This document shows, in pieces, positions 50,801-62,768 of a stretch of DNA of 64,000 nt. The stretch is from Takakia lepidozioides. Lineage: Eukaryota; Plantae; Bryophyta. Within the stretch, counting starts at the first letter, position 1; every line of letters begins with the position of its first letter. The translations under genes and the position numbers were made by a program. The stretch lies in NCBI GenBank assembly GCA_030704615.1, contig CM060731.1:69192001-69256000 (forward strand). The letters run 5' to 3'. Below the pieces are notes generated by a model. The model made no database searches. It saw only the letters and a list, made by a program, of their open reading frames with translations, and was not told the DNA's origin.

Positions 50801-51640
50801 TTTTCCGCCAGACCCTCCCATTTTGCTTTGATTATGAACCCCATACTGAAGAAAGTGTCTGTAATTCAAATTATCACACCTAAGGTGTCTATTGCAAATT
50901 GTTCTCCTGAAAATAAGCTTGTCATCATTCTGAATATTGGATGTTTTTGTTCTGCACCACGGGTGCCCGTCGTGTTTCTTGTCCATTCCATGCATCATGA
51001 TTGTTACACCTCCAACTCGCGGAGGAGGAGGCAGCTCGAATAGGATATCGCCATCAAAAGTCTCTGGCAAGAATTTCACAGGCACTTGCTTCAAAGATTC
51101 CCAATCAATTCCTCGCAACTCACTTTTGAATCCAGCCATTCCTCCCATCGCCCGTAGTTTTGGAATGACACTACAAATCTCTTCTTCATCAGCTTCTCCA
51201 ACCACAGTAGGAAGGACTGGATTTGGAAATTCACTTATGTCATCATCGGACGAATCCGAAAGCTCAACAATTGGAGTGGAGGACGTCTATTTTTTTTTCA
51301 CCACCACCTCCATCTTGTCTTCAACGACCGAAGCAGCAGTCCCGGGCGTCACATATGACCCAAGGGACTTTCGCCGAGGCTCTCCAAGTACTCTGTATCG
51401 ACCAGGGCGCACTCTCCACTGGCTGACATGAGCCGTCTCATCACGGTTTTGGAAAGAGTATTTCAACAACTTCCCTTTCAAATCGTACACCTCTTTCTCC
51501 AAAAAGATGGAGCCATTCTGAAGCTGAAAACGGGTAGCCAAGACATGTTCCAGAACAATTGCAAATCCATTGTCAAGGACTTCCTGGGAGAATGACACTG
51601 GTTTGTCGTCAGAGAAGAACTCCGCTTCAGAGGAAGCCAT
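47859..51640 (-). pseudogene. Mutator-like (MULE) DDE transposase with N-terminal Cys/His Zn-binding (GCM/WRKY-like) region and C-terminal SWIM finger; spliced, frameshifted
   Basis: FLMFDHVKRV..., FAGFMADSAQANFNAVR...RTCLF, CNLAETVHNAW (D..D..E pattern); SWIM CTCPDF...PCKHLYF; intron at ~49635-49521; ORF pieces of 117, 188, 354, 309, 230 and 109 aa in shifted frames. Confidence 0.8.
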
Positions 51641-52329
51641 CTTCCTTCCTCGCGTACGTTGATACCTTGCTATCGCAGACCTTCAGTGTAAATCAGTTTA
51701 CTGATGTCTCCACAACACAGTTGAAGAATGAGCAGAGAATATGGCGGAGGAAGCTCAGACGACGACTGTGCATATTCTGTTATTCCTTCCAAATATGCAT
51801 CCGTCCATTTTAATTACTTTTCTTGTGGGCCCAGTGGTCAGAGTATCCCTAGGAGCAATGTCGGCAGCTGTTAAACCGTTAATCAAAACCTCATCAATAA
51901 ACACAATAACAAGCCGACTTCCTGGAAGCATGCCACAGGATCTGAGGGTGGGATTGCAGATTAAGTAAATGTATCTATACTACTACCAATGATCATGCGC
52001 ACCTGGAAAGTTCAAAATGTGAAACGAACGTGGGGTTGGCTAACAAGGATAAACGTGTATGATATCCCAAAATTTGTCATCAAACTCTTGTTCATTTACA
52101 TATATTTGTCTAAGACAGTGCGCCAAGATTTCTGGGATTCGCTGTTATTTTTAAATATTGAAACCGTTCTAATAAAGAACACGCCGTTTATTTTGGGCGA
52201 CACACGTCAGACATCGATAACTGAATACGAACAACTGTACACTAATTACTGGCATGTGCACTATTAAGGGAACGACTATGTGTAACGGTCACGCGAAGGG
52301 AATCCGATGCTTCTAGAGACAAGCAACAA

Positions 52330-53054
52330 TGTCGCGCACCTCACTTCGGTAAGCTCCCTCTCAAGTCATAGTTACTCGCTTTGATGCGCGCGCCTGACTC
52401 CCAACCGGCCGCCGGGCCAACTTGGAGCTTCGGCTGCTCACCGGGACATAACGGTCCCCCTTCACTCTCCCGAAAGACCCTCCACCTATTTGGGCCTAGT
52501 GGAATTCCCTTTGGTAGATGGCAGTCCGGAACAACTCCCCACTCTTTGGTCGCTTTCCGGCTCGCTCGCTTACTCACTAGTTTTTGGTCACCAACGGGCT
52601 TGCACCGTTCTCGGGGTTACTACTCCCTATATATACTTCTGTAGCTGTCCGCGGGGGTTTCACAACCAGCCATGCCATTTTATGGCGGACCACCACGAAG
52701 ACCCTCGATTCCCGGTGGTGAGTCGCGGTGAGTCTTGGCCCGCTCACCACGGCCCTTATGGACCGTGATGAGTCCCAAGACTCCCCACAACTCCCACCAC
52801 GAGGTCTCCTCCCCCATGGTGAGTCCTATGCCACCCCCACTAAGTCCCACTAAGCTACCACCACCCCTTGTGGAGCCACCCCCACCGCAACCCGGTGTGC
52901 GGGGCTCCACCTAGTGAGCGCCTCCGCCTCCTTGAGTGCCTTGGGCACTCAAGGGTGCTTCAGCCCCCGTACCTATCGCTGCTACTGCCCCCACCACAGG
53001 GGCAGCCCCACTCGTGTCCCGGCCTCCCTGCCCTCAAGGCAAAGGGCCGCGACA
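52330..53054 (-). repeat. 3' LTR
   Basis: Near-identical to 58578-59302; preceded on the minus strand by the purine-rich GGTAGGGGTGTG. Confidence 0.97.
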
Positions 53055-53906
53055 CACACCCCTACCAACAGGGAGTCGATGTCCTCATCGACTTGTCCAT
53101 TTTGTAGAAACGAACATCCAAGTTGTGGCGTCCCACATCAAGGAGTTTGTTTCCGTACCATGGCGTCCCATGGCAAAGAACCAAACCCCACACTTGACTC
53201 TACTCTCCACTAGCTAGTTCGGCCGACTTCCTCCAAGTCCCGGCCAAGGGTGGAGCCTCTCCAGGTCCTCCCAGTGCACTCTTCTTGGCCTACTTCAAGG
53301 CCAAGGAACGATCCTCCCCGAGGATCGAATCGCCTTACTGCAACAACATTTGCTTGCGATCGCTCATGATGCCGCTTTTGGCATCACCTTGAGCAAGGGT
53401 TCACCTGGAACCCTCTTTGACTAGGACGATAACCTTGAACCAACCGTGCGCCCCAATCACTACAATTGGGTCCGCCTTGGAATGCTGGCCTGAGGTACGG
53501 GAACACGCCGAAACCGCACTACGACTTCGTCCCGAGGCTACACGATTATAGTACGTGAACGGAAGCACGTAGCTTCCGCGTTAGCCCGCACTACAAGGCA
53601 ACCCCCTCGGTAGCGCAGTTATAGTACGCGCACGTGCCAGGTGCGCACTAGCACGTGAACTCCCAAAGAAGGCGCAAGTTTCCTTGCCCCTTGGATGGGA
53701 GTCACCCGATTTCGGCACTGCGCAAACACACGATTAACCCAATTTACCTCTCCCACTTTTGTAAGCTAGCATGCATTCTACACACTAGCCAACCATCCCA
53801 TGCATCACCATTCCAAACACAATAGGACGCACAATATTTGGAACCCATTTCCTTTATAACAAATTTTTGTACAATACAAGTTTTTGCAATCGGATTCCTG
53901 AGCTAG

Positions 53907-56900
53907 CTAAACCGGGCTAAGCATGCATTTCCTCCCCCACGCTCCAAGGTTGATGTCCCCATCAACGTTTCTTCCGCTTTTGAGGTCGCCCTTGAACGCT
54001 GCAACTACCTCGGATGCGTTTCCCATTTCTGAGGCACGCACCCAAGATGCCTCCACATGATGATAGCCCTTCCATTTGACGAGATACTCCGTTTCTCGGT
54101 TCTTGAACCTCCTCGACTTAAGTATTGTCTCCACCTCGTACTCAGGTTCATTTTCATGATCCAACAGCATAGGTGGCGGACGCAACACTTGATGCCGATT
54201 CGGACGTGCTTCATCTTTGAAGTAAGGCTTCAAAAGGGAGACATGGAATACTGGGTGCACCTTGCTGTTTGCCGGCAGCTCCAATTCATACACATCCTCA
54301 TTCATAACCTTCCGAATGCGAAAGGGACCCGCATACGGAGGTACGAACTTCGGACTCACTTCCGGAGGTAGTCGGAAATTCTTGATGTTCAACCAGACCT
54401 CTGTGCCTGCCTCAAACTTCACTTCCCTCCGCTTCCGATTCGCCTGCCTTTCATACCGTTTCCTAGCTTTGGCAATGTTGTACTTTGCGAGCTTCAACAA
54501 ACGCTCGCGTTCTTCCAGTACCGCCGCTACTGCCGGTTCCTCAACGTCCTGGGCGGCCCAACTTGTCGGCACCAGAGGTGCTTTTCCATAGACCAATACG
54601 AAAAGGGAAACTCCCGTTGCGGAGTGTTCTGTGTTATTATAACAGAACTCTGCCGCGTCTAAGTGTTCCATCCAGTCTGATTGGTCTGCCGACACGTAAT
54701 TCCGCAAGAATTGCTTCACTACGGAATTCACTCTTTCCGTTTGGCCGTCCGTCGTAGGTCGGAAGGCGGTGCTCATCTTCAGCCTCGTCCCCATCTTCTT
54801 CCAAAGTGTCCTCCAAAATTTACTCGTAAACTTTGGATCGCGATCCGAGACAATATCCTTCGGGACTCCATGATGCTTTAAGACGTGGGCGAAGTAAAGT
54901 CGCCCTGTCTCCTGCGCCGTTGCCGTCTCCTTGGTGGGGATGAAATGGCCCATTTTACTGAACCTATCCACCACCACCATGATTGCATCGAATCCTTTTG
55001 ACAGTGGCATAGCAGTCATGAAATCCATCGAGACGCTTTCCCAAGTCCCCTCTGGAATCGGCAAGGGTTGTAACAGCCCCGCTTGCTTTTTGTACTCGCT
55101 CCGGTTTTGTTGGCATGTGGTGCATGTCTTGACATACTCCTCTGCCTCCTCCCTCAGTTTGGGCCAGAAATACTCTTTCTTCAAGAGTGCCGCAGTGCGC
55201 TTGGCTCCGCCGTGGCCCGCAAGCGGGCTATCATGGCATTCTCTCAAGAGGCTATCTCTGATCCCTCCCTTCGGCACGTAGAGACGTTTTTACTTATACC
55301 GGAGCAGTCCATTTTGCAAGTGGAACTGCGATTTAACCCCCATTCTCAAGTCCTGCATCACGCACTTTGCCAGCTCATCCTTCCGGCAAGCCTTCCGGAT
55401 CTTCCTTTGGAGCGCCGTCTCGCCCTTGTACATCAACAAGAGCTGCTGCTTTCTACTTAAAGCATCGGCCACCACATTGTCCCGTCCCGGTTTGTACTGG
55501 ATATCCACGTCGAACACTGCCAAAGTATCTTGCCACCTAAGTTGTTTTGGGGACAACTTGGGCTGCGTGGCAAAATACTTCACCGTGACATTGTCCGTGA
55601 ACACCTTCACTGGGTTGGAACCAACATAGTGGCGCCAGAGCTCAAGGCAATGCACCACCGCCTTCATCTCTTTTTCGTGCGTCGGCCACCGTCGCTCCAC
55701 TTCATTCAGTTTCTTACTTTCGTAAGCCACTGGACGTCCATCTTGCATAAGTACACCCCCAATCGCGAAGTCCGATGCATCTGTATGAATCTCAAACGGA
55801 CGATCGAACTCCGGGATTTTCAAGACTGGAGCTTCCGTCATCCGCTGCTTCAATTCAGCAAAAGCTTGGCCACAAAATGTGTTCCATACCCAGACTTTGG
55901 ATTTACACAGAAGGTCCGACAGCGGCCCCGCGATCTTGGCGAAATTTCTCACATACTTCCGGTAATAGGAGGCGAGTCTAGGAAGGATCGCACTCCCGGG
56001 ACCGAAGTCGGAGGCTCCCAGTCCAAGATCGCCCTCACCTTTCTGTCATCCATTTTGATCCCATCCTGTGTAATCACATGCCCCAGGAACTCCACTTTTG
56101 TGACCCCGAATTCGCACTTTGAAGCTTTGGCATACAGCTTCCCTTCCCGCAATTTTTGGAACACCCTTTTGAGGTGCTCCAGGTGCTCCTCCTTTGTTTT
56201 CGAGTACACCAAGATGTCGTCGATGTACACGATCACAAAGTCATCCAACCACTCCTGGAAAAGGTTGTTCATCAGCGTGCTAAATGTCGCTGGTGCATTG
56301 GTGAGCCCAAAAGGCATCACCAAGAACTCATATGAACCATACCTTGTCCTGCACGCGGTCTTCTCCTCATCTCCTTCCGCCACCCGAATTTGGTGATAGC
56401 CGGAGCGCAAGTCGATCCGGCTGAAATACTTCGCTCCTGCCAACCGATCGAAGAGGTCGTCGATCCTTGGCAAAGGGTACCGGTTTTTGATAGTCACCTT
56501 ATTCAGAGCCCTGTAATCGACACACATCCGCAGCGTCCCATCCTTCTTGTCTGCAAATAGCACCGGGGCTCCGTAAGGTGACTTACTCGGCCGGATGTAC
56601 CCCTTTGACATTAGATCCTTGAGCTGAGTCTTCAGCTCTACCAACTCTCTGTGGCTCAACCGGTAGGGCGCCTTGGCAGGCGGTTCCGATCCCGGTATCA
56701 CCTCAATCTTGTGGTCAACTCCTCTTCGCGGTGGCAAGCCGCTTGGTAAATCCTCCGGCATCACATCCTGGTATTTCTCCAAAATCCCCTTGATCCAATC
56801 TGGGCTCGGCTCCCCATCGCCTTCTCCTTTCACTTCTCTAATGTAAAGCAAAAACTGGGGCTCGTGTGCCTCCTCCACGGCCCACTCCTTTGCTGACAGA

Positions 56901-58523
56901 AGGTTTATTCGCCCTCCCACGGATTTGGGCGTTTCTGACACTCGTAAAACCTCGCCACCATTCCCACATGGCAGCGTGACTACTCTCTTGTGGCCATCTA
57001 TGACCGCTCCGGATTTGCTCAAAAAGGTCATCCCCAAAATGAGATCCACTCCATCGATCTCGCAGATGGTGAAGTTCTCACGTCCCTCCCAACTCCCCAG
57101 TTGAAGAGGAACATCAATCGCCAACCTTGTCGCCAACTGTGGTTCTCCTTTGGCAGAACGCACCTCAATAGAGGCCCCCACGTCACTTGTCGGGAGTCCC
57201 AGCTTTTGTGCCGTTGCCGGTGTCATGAAGGAGTGCGACGCTCCTGTGTCCACTAACAACGACACATTAGTTCCGGATATTATCCCATCCACGAACAATA
57301 ACTGACTCCCTTTTCGTAAGGCGCCAGTTTCCTGATACAACTCACAAGAAAATTTGCCTACCTTGCAAGTCCTGGCGACCACCGCTTCCACCAAGCGACT
57401 GATGGTATCTTCCGACAGCTCCGTGGTCGCCCGAGTCATGTTCAATTGCCGGGGCTTCGTGCACTTCTTGGCCATGTGCCCGGGCTCCCCGCAATTGAAA
57501 CACACTCCATCAAAGGTCGCCTTCTGTCCGCCATAAGCCGCTCCACCCGCTTTTTCTTTCGAAGCATCGGGTGCCGCCTTGACGTGTGAAGGCCCTCCCT
57601 TCGATTTCCACGTGCCATTTTCGCCGCGTGGCCTATCCCACTTCTTTTCCGGTCGGGAGGAGTCACCTTCCCGCCAAATCTTCTTGTGGTTCAGCTCCGT
57701 ACGGCCTTGTCTTTCACCCCTAGGGACATCTGAGAAACATTCAGCCCTCTCAATAGCCTCATTCAAAGTCTTGGGTGGCTTCTCCTCCAACTTCCGCCTG
57801 GCCCATGGGGCCAGTCCCGCCACAAAGTTGAAGACCATTTCTGGTTCTGCCATGTCCGCGACTTCGAGCAACAGCACATTGAAAGCCTGGACATATCCCC
57901 GAATGTCATCTGTTTGCTTCAAATTCCTCATCTTGTCCCGGGCGAGCCAGGACGCGTTGAGGGGCACAAACTGTCTCTTCATCAATTCCTTGAACCCACT
58001 CCAGTTCAAGGTTTCCGGGCTTGGACCTCGGTCGTGAAGGCGTTTCTGCCACCATTGTTGAGCATAGCCCCTCAAATAGGTGGGAGCCACTTCCACCCGA
58101 TCCTCGTCACTCAACTTGGCCGCCCGGAAGTACTGTTCTAGCTCCAAGAGCCAGGTGTTGAGTGCCTTCCGATTCCGGACGCCCTCGAAGGTGCCTGGTT
58201 CCTTAGGCTTCACCTTAAACTTTGCCTTAGCGGAAGTTGCATTAGCCGCCTTCAACACGTCTTTCAACGTCCCGCCAAACTGCGCCAACAACCCTTCCCA
58301 AAAGGCTGCCGGCATGGGAGGCATCTCTTGGTTTGTCGGAGCTCTCAAGGATTCCTCGGGCTCCGACTCCTTGGATTCCTCCCGCTCTTGGGCGGCCTCG
58401 TTTTCGGAAACATGCATCGCTTCCTCAAACGGCCGCCTCGGTGACACGCCGCCCCCATCGGGCTCACCGGGATCATCATCTTTTGGGCCGTTCCACTTTC
58501 GCTTCGGCATGCCCGACCCCATG
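53907..58523 (-). pseudogene. gag-pol polyprotein with one frameshift (~55978) and one in-frame stop (55292-55290)
   Basis: [65 protein letters not shown], chromodomain EYEVETIL..EYLVKWKGY..SW. SFL(G)LASYYR is broken by a 1-nt deletion; RYK*KRLYVP. Confidence 0.93.
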
Positions 58524-58563
58524 ATGAGGCCAATCCCAAGGACGATCGCGTACTGAACTCTAA

Positions 58564-58575
58564 GCTCTGATACCA
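58564..58575 (-). promoter_or_regulatory. Primer-binding site complementary to initiator tRNA-Met
   Basis: TGGTATCAGAGC 2 nt inside the 5' LTR. Confidence 0.95.
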
Positions 58576-58577
58576 AG

Positions 58578-59302
58578 TGTCGCGCACCTCACTTCGGTAA
58601 GCTCCCCCTCAAGTCATAGTTACTCGCTTTGATGCGCGCGCCTGACTCCCAACCGGCCGCCGGGCCAACTTGGAGCTTCGGCTGCTCACCGGGACATAAC
58701 GGTCCCCCTTCACTCTCCCGAAAGACCCTCCACCTATTTGGGCCTAGTGGAATTCCCTTTGGTAGATGGCAGTCCGGAACAACTCCCCACTCTTTGGTCG
58801 CTTTCCGGCTCGCTCGCTTACTCACTAGTTTTTGGTCACCAACGGGCTTGCACCGTTCTCGGGGTTACTACTCCCTATATATACTTCTGTAGCTGTCCGC
58901 GGGGGTTTCACAACCAGCCATGCCATTTTATGGCGGACCACCACGAAGACCCTCGATTCCCGGTGGTGAGTCGCGGTGAGTCTTGGCCCGCTCACCACGG
59001 CCCTTATGGACCGTGATGAGTCCCAAGACTCCCCACAACTCCCACCACGAGGTCTCCTCCCCCATGGTGAGTCCTATGCCACCCCCACTAAGTCCCACTA
59101 AGCTACCACCACCCCTTGTGGAGCCACCCCCACCGCAACCCGGTGTGCGGGGCTCCACCTAGTGAGCGCCTCCGCCTCCTTGAGTGCCTTGGGCACTCAA
59201 GGGTGCTTCAGCCCCCGTACCTATTGCTGCTACTGCCCCCACCACAGGGGCAGCCCCACTCGTGTCCCGGCCTCCCTGCCCTCAAGGCAAAGGGCCGCGA
59301 CA
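58578..59302 (-). repeat. 5' LTR
   Basis: Adjacent to the PBS; only two differences from the 3' LTR noticed by eye. Confidence 0.97.
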
Positions 59303-59471
59303 AACAACGCACGCAATCCCGCAAGAAATCGGGAGTCACTTCGTTTTTCTACTTTTCACGCTTAGAGGGAGAGTGGTAGTCAAGCTGGAGAGGGTTCCTT
59401 CTACAATACGAAAGAGAAGAAAGTCTCTTTATTTTACTTCCCTTAGAGAGAGACGCAGAGCAAGAGAGCAA

Positions 59472-62400
59472 ATGACGAGGCGTCGTTTGTTGGAGAACAC
59501 AGGGCCAAGGTAGCAGGTGAACGTGGAGACTGATTCACAAGAGCATACCGAGACTGAGGCAGCGGCTGTGACACAGTCGGCGATAACAGTGCGCGTTGGA
59601 AACCAGCCTGTGGATGCCGAGATGACTCGCAGGGAAACTGAAGGAGGTGGAAGTACGAGGAACGCTGAACCGGGAGAAGGTCCAGAAACCCTAGAGTAGA
59701 CAGAAATTCCAGCAAATGTGAGAGGGAAGAGGAAAGCTGCAGAAGGGGATCCAATTTCAAAACCTAAAAAGGCGCCAGTAAGTTTTCTCTAACTTACATT
59801 TCATTGTTGAAGATCTGCGTAAAGATTGAGTGGAATGTCCCAGAAAGGGATTGTCGCTACCGACCATCACCATGAAACAACGGTGATTTGCTTTCTACTC
59901 CTCTGTTAAGGGTTTACCGCACAATGAGTGGGTGACTGACGGTACCGTCATTCATTGTTGTTCAGATCATACAGTCTGTCTGATTGCCTTTCAAGCAGTC
60001 CTTCATCTTCCCTTCTTTAGCAGGAACATGTCATTGAAGTCTACTGAATTGCGAGCGTCGTCAACGCCATTCGATACTCGTCATGAGATTTATGTACCTA
60101 TGTGTTTGAAGAGAGAGTGAGGGTTGACATATTCAGTCATTTGTTTGAGGTTGAACAGATAGAGAAGTGGAAAGGCGGTACCGCCAATCAAAGATTTGAA
60201 GACCATACTGTAGATTCGGGTAGAGTATCGATTAGAAAGTACTCTCGACATAGACAAGAAACAGTGAATGTTTGCGACGTTCATCACAATGGAGTCAATC
60301 TGAATAATCTGCACTTATTGTCCGCCCTAAACTATACTGAATGTCGTTGCCGCCAATCACTTACACATATATGTCATTGCACAACACCGATCCGGCAGGT
60401 CCTTGTCTTTTGTGATTGTCGTTAACGCCGTTCACTCTTGCTCAAAACCTTTCTGTTCATGTGTCCCTAGAATCATAGTGTTTTGTTTTGAATTCAGCAG
60501 GATCAGCTTTGCTTGTGTAGATGGTTCTGAATTTGTTTCACACCATTCATTGTGAGTTGAGACAAGACAGAGTGATGGTCGTTACCGCCGTTCACTATTT
60601 GCACATTACTCAGTCAAATTTGAATGGCATCGTGCAGAAAACTGTGAGGTCCAAGCCTACAGGATCAGAGGGGAAATGATCTGGAGATGGGGACGAGTCT
60701 GGGAAAAGCTCAGAGAATAACGATGAAGCAGATGAATCTGAAGTGCACTATCTTGACAAGGTGAAAGAACTCATGTCATTCCATAAGGTAAACTCTCAGG
60801 AGGTTATAAGGGACATGCTCATATCTGGAGGGCGTCTGGACATCCCTCTGTGCCGGATGATATCTATGCCTGTTGTGCGTCCACCTCCTTCCCATGACAT
60901 GACAAAATTGGAGAGTGATTTCGTGCATGGATACAGACTTGGTGCACAAGTTTTTTATGTGTCACTGACGGATATAAATGGGAAAAGCACATTAGTGTCT
61001 CCAGAGATTAGTGATACCTGGGATGAGTGCTGGAAAGATGCTAATGAGGAGTTCGAGCTGGGCCTCATGATGGGAAAGAACACCTAACAATACTGCAACC
61101 ACATATTCTACGTCTGGGACGACAACCACCGATTGCTGGCATGGATGGGATACATTTAGAAACATCATGCGAAAGACAAAGACAAGCATGTTGCTGTGGA
61201 GGCAATGGTTTTGGATCCAGGAAACGACATTGCTAGGCTTCTTACAGCTATGCACGACGTGAACAAGTAAGTCATCCTAGAGACTTCATTCCCTCTGTAG
61301 TGTCTTGTTAATCCCAAAAAAACAGTGTTAAAGAATACAATGTTTTCAATGTTTTTGCAGATCGACAGAGAAATCGCATGTGACAACAAGCTTGGTCCAC
61401 ACACTACTCCGAATTCAGAGGATTGGTCTGATGAAGCTGGATGATTTTCGGACAGTACTCTTCCCCAATATAATCAAGAAGTGCGAAACAGGAAGAGCTG
61501 CAAGCACTTGATATTCTTTGACTCGAGAGACGTTTCTGGAGTACATGTATGCGGTAGCCCGAGTCTGTACTCAGTTTACTTTTCGAATACATGTTTGTAG
61601 TCCCTTCGCTGCTAATCACTATTTGAATCAATGCAGCAAGAACTGGCAGAGGCAGCTGAGAAGGGAAAATCCGAATACTACCACACTACACCAGAGGAAC
61701 TAATGACATCAAAGGGTGTGGAAGCAGCAATAAAAAAGGAGTTTGAAATGCGAAGAACCAAATTGATGTCCGCCTTCGGAAAGCAGCTTAGAATAGTAGA
61801 TCCTGGACTTGGTTCTGAGTTCCTTCAGCAGATCAAATCTCACTATGACAAGCATGTGCATCCGGAGATGCAGTAGGAGAAATTGCACCGGCTGGCTATA
61901 TCCATGGTCGACCCACAAACAAAAATAAGGTGGCTGGAGATATGGAACTCAGATCAGACAGTAAAGGACTTGAATCAGTTCCCAAATAGCACCATACAGC
62001 CTGGCACAAAGGTGGAAGGAATCAGTGATTTGGTGTTTGATAACTGACTCCACAAGGCTACATTTTGGAGTCAGGTGTGTATTCAAATAAGCCGTTTTCT
62101 TTTCTTCAATTATGTGATGAGTATCTTATTTGCAATACTGACAAATATACAATTTGCAGCTCAAAAAGCGCGCCGTCATTGTGCTAGATCAGACTTTGAA
62201 GGACTTGAACATTTCGATTGTTTTCCCTCCCCAAATGTCATTGGAGGCATACATAAGGCAGTGGAGAGGTCTCACCTGGAGATACTGTTTTTTCCGGGAG
62301 TTCTCCAAAGATGGTAACATTTTACGGTCCAACGACTTTGACAGTCAGGTTGGAGGAGAGTGGGCCATGATGCGAGTTGTGTACAGGTGCAATATCATAC
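59472..62400 (+). pseudogene. Spliced gene relic encoding a ParB/Srx-fold-like protein, probably an accessory gene of the Mutator-like element
   Basis: Approximate exons 59472-59777, 60638-61267, 61361-61553, ~61637-62074 and ~62160-62400 with GT-AG ends. IPLCRM..MPVVRP...KLESDFVHGY...VFYVS...FYVWDDNHRLLAW matches the ParB-like hhDGxHR motif. Several TAG/TGA stops and a frameshift. Confidence 0.62.
59847..60595. repeat. Array of 24-bp imperfect palindromes, consensus GTGA(A/T)TG(G/T)CG-N4-CG(C/A)CA(T/A)TCAC, with unrelated spacers
   Basis: Copies start at 59847, 59932, 60051, 60168, 60264, 60337, 60412, 60527 (weak) and 60572; two more at 62467 and 62589. Confidence 0.75.
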
Positions 62401-62632
62401 TGGAAACTCTACTGCACTTTTTGGGAAATAATTTGGCTTCATGAGGATTGTAATCATAGATCCAAATTGAATGTCGTTGACGACATTCACTTCTTTGTCT
62501 GAGTTATTCTTAAGCAAGAATTTGAATTCACCTGGATTATGAGCTTATAGTGTAATTATAGTGTCCTTGATTAGAATTGATAATGTCCCTGAATGGCGTT
62601 GACGACATTCACATCCAGAGTTGTTAAGAGGT

Positions 62633-62768
62633 TGTCAAGTTAAATAAGCACAGTGTGAAACTAACTAGAATAAAGTTAGTTATTTGTATTTAACACTTGG
62701 ATTTAGGTCAAGTGTTAAATCAGGTGTCAAGTTTAGTTTTGACACCTGAACCGTCTTATCTTCACGAG
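62633..62768. mobile_element. Truncated LTR end, same family as the solo LTR at 1946-2394
   Basis: Reverse complement of 2260-2394 with few mismatches; starts at the terminal TGTCAAG. Confidence 0.85.

Larger units (their letters stand above)
52330..59302 (-). mobile_element. Full-length chromovirus-type Ty3/gypsy LTR retrotransposon (6973 bp)
   Basis: 725-bp LTRs at 52330-53054 and 58578-59302 (TGTCGCG...CGCGACA); TSD AACAA (52325-52329 and 59303-59307); PBS TGGTATCAGAGC; PPT; gag-PR-RT-RH-IN-chromodomain order. Confidence 0.98.

Noticed and set aside
55530-58556. Long antisense ORFs (288, 152 and 158 aa) over gag-pol
   Set aside because: Expected shadow ORFs of a GC-rich coding strand; no recognisable domains.
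59847-60595. True CRISPR array
   Set aside because: Repeats are too degenerate, spacers vary widely in length, the array is in a spliceosomal intron, and there are no cas genes. Kept as a binding-site-like array instead.
2260-62768. A giant ~60 kb element bounded by 135-bp inverted repeats
   Set aside because: The left copy is part of a solo LTR with its own TSD; the right copy is an independent truncated family member.
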